A DNA stretch of 64,000 nt from Rhodospirillaceae bacterium (GTDB taxonomy: Bacteria > Pseudomonadota > Alphaproteobacteria > GCA-2731375): the NCBI GenBank assembly GCA_018660265.1, contig JABJKS010000076.1:3942-67941 (forward strand), written 5' to 3'. Both the position numbers and the translations under genes were made by a program. Below the pieces are notes generated by a model that searched no databases, had not been told where the DNA came from, and saw nothing but the letters and a program-made list of their open reading frames with translations. Positions 47,740 through 56,066 of this stretch are shown one piece after another; position 1 is the stretch's first letter, and each line of letters opens with the position of its first letter.

Positions 47740-48978
47740 TTACAAACTCAGTTTCTCTAACCAACGAGATAATGGTTGCCAAAGACCGCTTTGACCACGC
47801 CGGCCGACGACCATGCCAATATGCCCAGCCTTGGGCCTGACCACCTCCGCCTGGGGAAGGGCATCTGCCAAAGCCTGGGCCGAGGCGGCGGGCACGATAC
47901 GATCGTTCTCTGGTATCGCCAGGAAAACCGGTCGTTCAAGCGCACTGGGATCAACCACGATGTCATCGATCGACCATCGCCCCTCAAAAGTATCATTGTG
48001 GCCATACCAACCCAGCAGGCAGTCCCGCGCCACCTTAGGAGCCAGGGGAACCCCATCGTTGACCCAATCTTCCAAAGCGACGAAATGGGCGGCCTCGGCC
48101 CCGTCAGCATCCAGGGTCGCGAAATGGCGAAATTTACGTTGTGCCAAACCAGGGTCAAGGGCGGCAAAGAGAGCCTGGAGCACATCGATGGGCAAAGCAC
48201 CAAAGGCTTTCAGAATATCGTCCAATCCAGGTGCCAGTGTTTCGATTTCAGGCCATTGTTGTCCGCCGCCATGAAAATCCCACGGCGTCGCCAACAATGC
48301 CAAACCGGACAGATCCTCTTGCCGGCGCAGGGCCAACGCCAGGGCAAGATTGCCGCCCATGCAGTAACCCACCAATGCCGGTGCTTCGGTGCTTGCCGCG
48401 ATGACTGTATCCAGCACTTGTCCGAGGCGGTCGCAAACATAATCGGTCAGGGAAAATTCCAGCTCCGCCGCCCCCGGCGCGCCCCAATCGACCAGAAATG
48501 GCCGATGACCATTTCGGCGCAGCCAGCCCAACATGCCGCGATCAGGGGTCAGGTCCAGCACCTCAGCGCCATTCACCAGGGAGGGGACGAAAAGAACCGG
48601 CCGGCCATCGCCGCCATAGTCCAGCAGACGGGTCGTACCTTGACGCCAGATTTCCCGGCCGATCACCCAATCCCGGTCCGCGCGCGGAGCATCTTGATAG
48701 GCTTGTACACCCGCCAGCATGGCACCCAGACGGGCCTGACACTCACCGGACACCGCCTGGAACAAGGCGGCTGGTTCAGCTTCCTCCAGCGCCGCCCTCA
48801 GATCCGCCGCCGCTTCTGCCAGCTCCTGCTGCCAGGGCAGCGAACCGTTCCGCGCACTCGGCAAGGCGGCGAGCGAACTCATCATTGCGCTCATCGCTGT
48901 TGACAGATGCAGGCCTAGTGGACGAGGCCCGATCCGGGTTGTTTTCGGGATCGCCGTTTGGGCTGTTTCCTGGTTCAT
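47740..48978 (-). CDS. PHA-synthase-like alpha/beta hydrolase (Cys nucleophile box GYCMGG)
   Basis: VLFVPSLVNGAEVLDL...FLVDWGAPG...LVGYCMGGNLALALA. ATG 48978 preceded by GGAAGGG. The upstream 30 aa of the ORF-track ORF are Arg/Cys junk. Confidence 0.75.
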   Translation of the reverse strand: MNQETAQTAIPKTTRIGPRPLGLHLSTAMSAMMSSLAALPSARNGSLPWQQELAEAAADLRAALEEAEPAALFQAVSGECQARLGAMLAGVQAYQDAPRADRDWVIGREIWRQGTTRLLDYGGDGRPVLFVPSLVNGAEVLDLTPDRGMLGWLRRNGHRPFLVDWGAPGAAELEFSLTDYVCDRLGQVLDTVIAASTEAPALVGYCMGGNLALALALRRQEDLSGLALLATPWDFHGGGQQWPEIETLAPGLDDILKAFGALPIDVLQALFAALDPGLAQRKFRHFATLDADGAEAAHFVALEDWVNDGVPLAPKVARDCLLGWYGHNDTFEGRWSIDDIVVDPSALERPVFLAIPENDRIVPAASAQALADALPQAEVVRPKAGHIGMVVGRRGQSGLWQPLSRWLEKLSL

Positions 48979-49255
48979 CGCTTTGCCCTTCCGTCTTCGA
49001 CATGACGCCCTGCATGGCAGCCGACATGACCCGGGCGGCATCCGTCGCTGCTGCTGCCGCGCCGGCATTGGCCATGGGGCCTGCGGCGACCTGCCGCTCC
49101 CACAGATCCAAATAACGCCGTGCCAAGGTGGCTAAATCGGGTCCATCCATCAATCCAGTATAGTCTTGCCGTGTCATTGCAGCCAGCATGATGGCCCGCT
49201 GCGCAAACGGCTCCATTTCGCGTTGCAACATTTTTCTTGCGCACTGCAACATCAC
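48776..49255 (-). CDS. hypothetical Ala-rich protein, possible PHA-locus accessory ORF (start uncertain)
   Basis: Hand-counted codon-position G+C over 48979..49260 is 60/94, 49/94, 63/94 for positions 1, 2, 3 (coding-like). No clear SD. The 3' 203 nt overlap the PhaC-like gene out of frame. Confidence 0.3.
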   Translation of the reverse strand: MMLQCARKMLQREMEPFAQRAIMLAAMTRQDYTGLMDGPDLATLARRYLDLWERQVAAGPMANAGAAAAATDAARVMSAAMQGVMSKTEGQSDEPGNSPNGDPENNPDRASSTRPASVNSDERNDEFARRLAECAERFAALAAGAGRSGGGSEGGAGGS

Positions 49256-49327
49256 AGGGCCATATTATGCCTTCGTTTACCATTCGAACCCAAATATGTG
49301 GCAAATGGTGGATCTGGTGAGGCCAGT

Positions 49328-50041
49328 ATGGTTGATAAGTCGAGCGATCACGGCGATACGATCGTCATAAAGAAATACGCGAACCGGCGGCTGTACAATA
49401 CGGCAACCTCCTCTTATGTGACCCTGGATACCTTGTGCACGATGGTCAAGGAGGGGCAGGAGTTTGTCGTTCAGGATGCCAAGTCGGGCGAGGATATTAC
49501 CCGTTCCGTCTTAACCCAGATAATTTTTGAGGAAGAAAGCAAGGGTCAGAACCTATTGCCCATATCTTTCCTGCGTCAGTTGATCGGGTTTTACGGCGAC
49601 AGCCTGGAAACGATGGTACCGGGATATTTGGAAAGCACCATGTCCGCCTTCTCCCATAACCAGGAACAAATTCGGGAACATCTTGCAGGCGGCATGGGGG
49701 GGGCAAATCCTTTCCACCAAATGGAAGAATTAGGCCGGCAGAATATGGCGATGTTTCAACAGGCCATGGGCATGTTCACACCCTTTGCCAACACCGGCGG
49801 TACGGGCAATCCGGGTAGTCCGGGCGGTGGGCAGACGTCACATCGTCCGCCCGAGACAGCGCCTCCTACTCCGGCCCCAACTCCGGCCCCAACTCCGGCC
49901 CCAGCTCCGGCCCCAGCGCCAACCCCTGCCCCCGCGCCCCAGGGTTCCGGCAGTCAAAGTGGCGGCGATGAACTTGATCGCCTGCGTCAGCAACTGGCCC
50001 AGATGCAGCAACAACTGGATAACATCTCTTCCAAAAATTAG
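49328..50041 (+). CDS. phaR: polyhydroxyalkanoate synthesis repressor PhaR
   Basis: IVIKKYANRRLYNTATSSYVTLDTL...GEDITRSVLTQIIFEEE. Trimmed to ATG 49328. Confidence 0.88.
   Translation: MVDKSSDHGDTIVIKKYANRRLYNTATSSYVTLDTLCTMVKEGQEFVVQDAKSGEDITRSVLTQIIFEEESKGQNLLPISFLRQLIGFYGDSLETMVPGYLESTMSAFSHNQEQIREHLAGGMGGANPFHQMEELGRQNMAMFQQAMGMFTPFANTGGTGNPGSPGGGQTSHRPPETAPPTPAPTPAPTPAPAPAPAPTPAPAPQGSGSQSGGDELDRLRQQLAQMQQQLDNISSKN
49868..49915. repeat. four tandem 12-bp units (actccggcccca x3, gctccggcccca) inside phaR
   Basis: Encodes PTPAPTPAPTPAPAPA. A degenerate continuation runs to about 49938. Confidence 0.75.
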
Positions 50042-50158
50042 AGCGCTTCCGAGTTATTGTTCACGATCCAGTGATTATGTCATCATGATGGATTGCGCCC
50101 TGGAAATAGGTCATTATTTTCAAAGCTATTGTTTGTCGGAATAACCGCAGGTCCATCC

Positions 50159-50419
50159 ATGTCACAAACACTCGACCAAACATCCGCGCCGACATTGGCC
50201 CAATTGGTTCTTGGGGACAATACACCGCGTAAAGCATTTTACACGGCATTGGTTGTTGGCAGCGTCCTTACCATGATCAACCACGGGGATCTTATCCTGG
50301 CAGGCGGTTCGCCGCCTTTGTTAAAGGTGGTGCTGACGTATTGCGTGCCATATTGCGTGACCACGTGGGGTGCGATCATGGGAAAGCGCGCGCAATGGCA
50401 GCGCGACCGGTCCGAATGA
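50159..50419 (+). CDS. NrtS-family small membrane protein (putative nitrate/nitrite transporter)
   Basis: TALVVGSVLTMINHGDLILAG....LLKVVLTYCVPYCVTTWGA matches my recollection of NrtS. Trimmed to ATG 50159. Confidence 0.65.
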   Translation: MSQTLDQTSAPTLAQLVLGDNTPRKAFYTALVVGSVLTMINHGDLILAGGSPPLLKVVLTYCVPYCVTTWGAIMGKRAQWQRDRSE

Positions 50420-50516
50420 TCCAGAGGTCAGGAATGCCATTATCGTCGTGATTGAGGCGCCACGGGAAATCCAGCTGGACTTTGCCCCCCTGGCACCGAA
50501 CAGAACTAAATCAGGA

Positions 50517-51362
50517 TTAGTCAGTACCCCCGCCGACCTGATGCATGTGCACGTCCTGTTGCGGGTAGGGGATGGAAATGCCCGCCTGGTCCAACGCTTC
50601 CTTGGCAGCCTTGTGCAGATGAAATTGCAGATCCCAGAAATCAGACGTATCGGCCCAGCAACGCATATTCAGATCCACGGAAGATGCCCCCAACGCCGTG
50701 ACCATGGTCATCGGTGCCGGATCTTTCAAGGTACGCGGATCATCCGCCATCAATCCCAGCAATATGGCCAAGCCCTTGTCGATATCATCGCCGTAACCGA
50801 TACCAACGACGATATCCATACGCCGGGTGGTGTTGCGCGAGAAGTTCGTGATCGCCGTGTTCCAAAGCTGGCTGTTGGGTACGGAAAGATGAATGCCGTC
50901 GATAGATGTCAACTCCGAGGTAAATAGGCCGACCGCATTGACTGTACCCGTGACGCCGCCCGCATCAATGAAGTCGCCAACCTTAAAGGGGCGCAGGAAC
51001 AACAGCATCACGCCGGCGGCAATATTCTGCAATGTACCTTGCAGCGCCAGACCAATCGCCAGACCCGCCGCGCCCAGAACCGCGATGATTGAAGTCGTCT
51101 CGACCCCAAATTGCGATAGAACGGCGACCAGTGTAATGGCCAGAATGGCATAACGAACCAAGGAGCCCAGAAACGGCTTTAATGTATTGTCCATTTGCGG
51201 GATACGGCCCAGGGCCCGGGCCACCGCGCGATCCACCATGCCGGCGATCCACCAACCCACAAACAGGATGACAATGGCACCAAGGATATCCAAGCCATAA
51301 GCCAGGACCAGGCTGTAAATCTCCTCAACCAAGGCGGTGACATTGACGTCAAGATTTTCCAT
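50517..51362 (-). CDS. mechanosensitive ion channel (MscS family)
   Basis: Three TM helices, then FKVGDFIDAGGVTGTVNAVGLFTSELTSIDGIHLSVPNSQL beta-domain. Confidence 0.9.
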   Translation of the reverse strand: MENLDVNVTALVEEIYSLVLAYGLDILGAIVILFVGWWIAGMVDRAVARALGRIPQMDNTLKPFLGSLVRYAILAITLVAVLSQFGVETTSIIAVLGAAGLAIGLALQGTLQNIAAGVMLLFLRPFKVGDFIDAGGVTGTVNAVGLFTSELTSIDGIHLSVPNSQLWNTAITNFSRNTTRRMDIVVGIGYGDDIDKGLAILLGLMADDPRTLKDPAPMTMVTALGASSVDLNMRCWADTSDFWDLQFHLHKAAKEALDQAGISIPYPQQDVHMHQVGGGTD

Positions 51363-51581
51363 GCGGGGTATGCCATTTCTCTGTTTGCCGACGCTACGAT
51401 AAGGCCGATCTTGTCCGCGCCATATTCGCGTTTTTAGCCCCCATCGTCCAATACAAATCAGACAGACCGGAGCAAAAAATCACTGATATAGGGTGTCAAC
51501 GGCAGCCCGAAGCCTTTATTCAGCCGCGGTGCCTCTTCGCCGACAAAAAGGCGGCGGGATCGTCTTTTGCCTGCAACGGCC

Positions 51582-52163
51582 TTAAGTGACAGTGGTCAAT
51601 AGAAATTTTGCCTGCTTTGTATAAGCAGACACCAAGGACGCCGCCAGAGACGCCACATCCGACTGCAACACATCCAGTCCAATCGAAGTTTCGTCTTGTC
51701 TTGGTTGCAGCGTATAGGTGGTGTCCAGGTTATCGGGGTCGGAGTAAGTGACGGATATCTCCCAATCAACCTTCAGCGCGCCCTTTATGCGCATTTCGGT
51801 CACCGCATCGGATAGTACCCGGACATGGAGCTGCGATTCTGCGTAAAACCAGACCTGTGGCTTTTTCCACAGCTCGTTGAACCTTTCATGGCCCTCGCAC
51901 GACCAGCAGGAGCGAAAGCCGTCAAGACGTTGCAATTCATAAACCAACGGGGCGATTATTAATTCTAATGGATTGTCTGCAGGGTCATCGGACAATGCGG
52001 TCGCAATGTCGGGGCAGTTCCGGTCACAGCGACGCGCCGTCTTGCAGGGACATTGGGCACCGCAGACGGGCCATTTCCCTAATGCCGTGGTGGCCAGAAC
52101 ATCCAAATTCTGACGTAGGGCGTCCGACCCGTCACTAGAATTTTCTCTGCGAGAAATGCGCAC
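51582..52163 (-). CDS. hypothetical Cys-rich protein (193 aa)
   Basis: Cys cluster C-x3-C-x-C-x5-C-x3-C (VCGAQCPCKTARRCDRNCP) and C-x2-C-x2-H (SCWSCEGH). No family recognised. Confidence 0.55.
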   Translation of the reverse strand: MRISRRENSSDGSDALRQNLDVLATTALGKWPVCGAQCPCKTARRCDRNCPDIATALSDDPADNPLELIIAPLVYELQRLDGFRSCWSCEGHERFNELWKKPQVWFYAESQLHVRVLSDAVTEMRIKGALKVDWEISVTYSDPDNLDTTYTLQPRQDETSIGLDVLQSDVASLAASLVSAYTKQAKFLLTTVT

Positions 52164-52623
52164 CTTACATCTCCTGACCTCGCTCCTTGTTTATAAATTT
52201 AGGCGAAAAACATGTATAAATCATTAATTCTGGGTCATATTACTGTCGCAGTATATGTATTACGAAGAATATACTATATATACTTTGGCATATAAGCCCA
52301 CGTACTATTATGACTTAATTACAGAACCAATACCATATACTTATTTTATTTAAGATAAAGGAAAATTACTGGATATTTTTACTGTAAAACTTGGATTATT
52401 TTATATTGTCGTCCTATGGTACAATGCATAAACTCAGCTATTAGTTGGACAGAAAGCTATATCCAATCGGCAAACAATAGAGATGATCGTGAATATAGAT
52501 CCGTTTGGTCCCGCTTTTCCCTTATCCGGTTGAAAATTTTTCGTGGCGTCCGCCGCCATCTGTCCTATCGTCACATCAGAGAAAAATATTGTTCACAGTA
52601 ACCGTTATGGGAGACCGCCTGTC

Positions 52624-53529
52624 ATGGCAGACAGCACCAGCTTACGCGACCAACTACAAGGCCCGGAAATTCTTGTGGCACCGGGCATCTATGATGCATT
52701 CGGGGCTTTGATGGTGGAACGGGCCGGCTTTCCAGCCGCCTATATCTCCGGCGCGTCCATCGCCTACACCCGTTATGGCCGCCCTGATCTGGGCCTTGTG
52801 GGCATGGATGAAGTCGCCACCGTTCTCTCTGCTATTGGTGAAAGAGTAGACGTCCCCCTGATCGTTGACGCGGATACGGGCTATGGCAACGCCCTGAACG
52901 TGATGCGCACGGTTAAATTGTTTGAACGCAACGGTGCCAGTGTCATCCAATTGGAAGATCAAAACCTGCCCAAACGCTGTGGCCATCTTAGTGGCAAGAC
53001 CCTTGTGTCGCCGGCGGAAATGATGGGCAAGATCAAGGCCGCCCAAGATGCCCGGCGTAGCCCCGATACCTTGATCATGGCGCGAACGGATGCCATTGCT
53101 GTCGAGGGCATTGACGCCGCCCTGGACCGGGCCGAACGTTATCACGAAGCAGGCGCGGATATCCTGTTTGTGGAGGCCCCCCGCGACGTGAATGAAATGC
53201 GCAAGGTAACCGCCCGCCTTGGGGACAAAGCGCCTTTGCTGGCCAATATGGTGGAGGGCGGGAAAACGCCCATTCTGCCCGCGAACGAGTTGCAAAAGAT
53301 CGGCTATTCAGTGGTAATTTTCCCAGGCGGCCTGGCCCGCGCGGTTGGGCATTTGATGGGACGTTATTTCGCCTCCCTGCGCACCCACGGGGATACTGCG
53401 CCGTTCAGGGCGCAGATGATCGATTTTGACGAAATGAACGCCCTGATCGGAACGCCGGAGATGCTGGCTGATGGGGCCCGCTTTGACGCCGGTAATTTCG
53501 AAACGGACGATACAGATATTGGGGATTAG
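52624..53529 (+). CDS. isocitrate lyase/PEP mutase-superfamily enzyme, 2-methylisocitrate-lyase-like
   Basis: DADTGYGNALN, EDQNLPKRCGHLSGK (KRCGH catalytic loop). Trimmed to ATG 52624, after GGGAGA. Confidence 0.85.
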   Translation: MADSTSLRDQLQGPEILVAPGIYDAFGALMVERAGFPAAYISGASIAYTRYGRPDLGLVGMDEVATVLSAIGERVDVPLIVDADTGYGNALNVMRTVKLFERNGASVIQLEDQNLPKRCGHLSGKTLVSPAEMMGKIKAAQDARRSPDTLIMARTDAIAVEGIDAALDRAERYHEAGADILFVEAPRDVNEMRKVTARLGDKAPLLANMVEGGKTPILPANELQKIGYSVVIFPGGLARAVGHLMGRYFASLRTHGDTAPFRAQMIDFDEMNALIGTPEMLADGARFDAGNFETDDTDIGD

Positions 53530-53534
53530 GCCGG

Positions 53535-54935
53535 ATGAGCGTACAGTTCGTAAAAGACAAACAGTTTGAGATAGAGGTACCGGTCGCCGTAATCGGTGGT
53601 GGGGCCTGCGGCCTGGTCGCTGCCCTGACACTGTCTGATGCCGGCATTGCCCCTTTGGTGTTGGAGCGGGACGCCCTGCCCAGCGGCTCCACGGGATTGT
53701 CGTCGGGCATGATCCCAGCCTGCGGCACGGCACAACAGCGGGCCGAAGGTGTCGAGGATACGGTTGAGATGCTGGTTCACGATATCCAGGCCAAATCCAA
53801 GGGCCAGTCAGACCCCGCCGTTGCCCATGCGGTCGCCGTCTCATCCGGTCCAACGGTGGAATGGCTGGTGGAGCGGCATGCCATGGATTTAACCCTGGTG
53901 GGCGGGTTTCTCTATCCGGGCTTTTCTGCCCTGCGCATGCATGCCCCACCGTCCCGCCAGGGCGCAGATCTGATGGCGGGCTTATTGCGCGCAGCGGAAG
54001 CAGCGGCAATCGATATCATGACCAACGCGACCGTGACCGAACTGTTCGCCAACGATGAAGGCCGCGTCCTCGGCCTGGCGCTGGTGCGTCCCGATGGCAG
54101 CAAGGAAGAGATCGGTTGCCAAGCCCTGATCCTGGCCTGTAACGGCTATGGCGGCAATCCGGCCATGGTGGCGGATCATATCCCCGAAATGGTCAGGGCG
54201 GAATATTTCGGCCACCCCGGCAATCAAGGTGACGCGGTCAACTGGGGCGAAGCCCTGGGCGCAGCCGCCAAACATATGACCGCCTATCAGGGCCATGGCT
54301 CCGTCGCCACACCGCACGGCATATTGATCACCTGGGCCGTCATGATGAATGGCGGCATACAGGTCAACAAACTGGGCCAGCGTTTTTCCAACGAGCATCG
54401 CGGCTACTCGGAACAGGCGGTGGACGTTCTGGCCCAACCGGATCAGGTCGCCTGGGCTATATTGGATGACAGGTTGCTAACCCTGGGACACGAATTTGAA
54501 GAATTCAACCTGGCGGAGGCTGCGGGCGCGGTCCGCCATGCCAAGGACGTTGAAGATCTTTCAAAGATCATCGATGTGCCCATGGCTGCCCTGCAAAAAA
54601 CGCTGGCTGAAACAACGGCCCACGCAAAAGGCGAAACAACGGATACGTTCGGTCGGGACTTCACCACACAGCCGGCCCTGAGCCCGCCCTATTATGCCAT
54701 TCGGGTCACCGGGGCTTTGTTCCATACCCAAGGTGGACTGAACATCGACCCCCAGGCCCGTGTCTTGCGCCCCGACGGCAGCGCCCTGCCCAACCTGTAC
54801 GCAGGCGGTGGTGCGGCATGCGGCCTATCTGGCAGCCAGGTTTGGGGTTATTTGTCGGGCAACGGCCTGTTAACGGCGGTCAATCTGGGCCGCATCGCAG
54901 GGCAAACAGCGACTAAATTTATCAAGGAGGGATAA
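53535..54935 (+). CDS. FAD-binding flavoprotein (fumarate reductase/succinate dehydrogenase flavoprotein-like, FAD_binding_2 type)
   Basis: VAVIGGGACGLVAALTLSDAG...ERD...GSTGLSSGM N-terminus. C-terminal GGLNID...LYAGGGAA. Confidence 0.8.
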   Translation: MSVQFVKDKQFEIEVPVAVIGGGACGLVAALTLSDAGIAPLVLERDALPSGSTGLSSGMIPACGTAQQRAEGVEDTVEMLVHDIQAKSKGQSDPAVAHAVAVSSGPTVEWLVERHAMDLTLVGGFLYPGFSALRMHAPPSRQGADLMAGLLRAAEAAAIDIMTNATVTELFANDEGRVLGLALVRPDGSKEEIGCQALILACNGYGGNPAMVADHIPEMVRAEYFGHPGNQGDAVNWGEALGAAAKHMTAYQGHGSVATPHGILITWAVMMNGGIQVNKLGQRFSNEHRGYSEQAVDVLAQPDQVAWAILDDRLLTLGHEFEEFNLAEAAGAVRHAKDVEDLSKIIDVPMAALQKTLAETTAHAKGETTDTFGRDFTTQPALSPPYYAIRVTGALFHTQGGLNIDPQARVLRPDGSALPNLYAGGGAACGLSGSQVWGYLSGNGLLTAVNLGRIAGQTATKFIKEG

Positions 54936-54938
54936 GAG

Positions 54939-55781
54939 ATGAGCCAGGATCTGAACAGCAAGGATCTTAACAGTAAGGCGGAGGCCTTCGCCGAACTGCA
55001 CAAAGGCCCCGGTGCCTTCGTCATCCCCAACCCGTGGGATATTGGCAGCACCCAGATCCTGACCGGCATGGGCTTCAAGGCCCTGGCCACAACATCAGCT
55101 GGTTACGCCTTTAGCCAAGGCCTCAAAGATGCCGCCGTCAGCCGGGATATGATGCTGGCACATGCTGGCGAACTGGCTGCTGCAACCCACCTGCCGGTTT
55201 CCGCCGATTTGGAAAACGGCTATGGCGACAGCCCGGAGGAAGCAGCGGAAACCATACGCCTGGCCACGGCCACGGGACTGGTCGGTGCTTCTATCGAAGA
55301 TTTCTCGGGCGGCCCCAACGGTATCATCTATGATTTCAACCTAACCGTTGAACGGATCGAAGCCTCGGTCACAGCCGCGCGAACAGCGGACTTTCCGTTT
55401 GTCCTGACGGCACGGGCGGAAGGCTTCATACGCGGCAAACCTGATCTGGATGACGCCATTCGCCGTCTACAGGCGTTTGAAGCTGCGGGCGCAGATGTAC
55501 TGTATGCGCCCGGCCTGCCCAATCTGGATGCCATTCGTACGGTCTGCCAATCTGTCAACAAACCGGTCAACGTTGTCATGGGCCTTTCAGGTAGCGACAT
55601 GACCACCCAACAGCTGGCGGCAGCGGGCGTCCGCCGCATCAGCGTCGGTGCCGTCCTTGCCCGCGTCGCCCTGGGCGCTTTCATGTCAGCGGCCAAGGAA
55701 ATGCAGACCGGCAGCTATACCTTCATCGACAACGCGGCATCGTTCGCCGATATTTCGCAATATATGCGCGGGAAGGATTAA
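54939..55781 (+). CDS. isocitrate lyase/PEP mutase-superfamily protein (second paralogue, no KRCGH loop)
   Basis: FVIPNPWDIGSTQILTGMGFKALATTSAGYA, DLENGYG, ASIED. Confidence 0.8.
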   Translation: MSQDLNSKDLNSKAEAFAELHKGPGAFVIPNPWDIGSTQILTGMGFKALATTSAGYAFSQGLKDAAVSRDMMLAHAGELAAATHLPVSADLENGYGDSPEEAAETIRLATATGLVGASIEDFSGGPNGIIYDFNLTVERIEASVTAARTADFPFVLTARAEGFIRGKPDLDDAIRRLQAFEAAGADVLYAPGLPNLDAIRTVCQSVNKPVNVVMGLSGSDMTTQQLAAAGVRRISVGAVLARVALGAFMSAAKEMQTGSYTFIDNAASFADISQYMRGKD

Positions 55782-56066
55782 ATTGGCTCTGTCACCAGAA
55801 TAACCCGCCCAGTTCTTGAGCCCAGTTCATGATACCCTGGATGGCGTGCTCGGAGGGCCCGCAAGTATAGGGGCATCCACGGCCAGCACTTTGTGCAAAC
55901 CGTCTAATCCCTTATCCGCTGCCGCCCTATAGGATGTCCAGTCAGTCCATACGCAAATGGCTGTTCAGCAAATCTATTGGCGCACCGGAAATGGTTGTGA
56001 TAGCTACCCGCAATTGCTGTATCGTCAATTGGCGGCATGCGAAGAATATAAAAAGGGCAGCGGAAA

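Noticed and set aside
52416-52601. 61-aa ORF inside the AT-rich tract.
   Set aside because: No SD, the composition-driven translation is rich in Ile/Asn/Arg/Ser, and it overlaps the leader of the PrpB-like gene. Probably non-coding.
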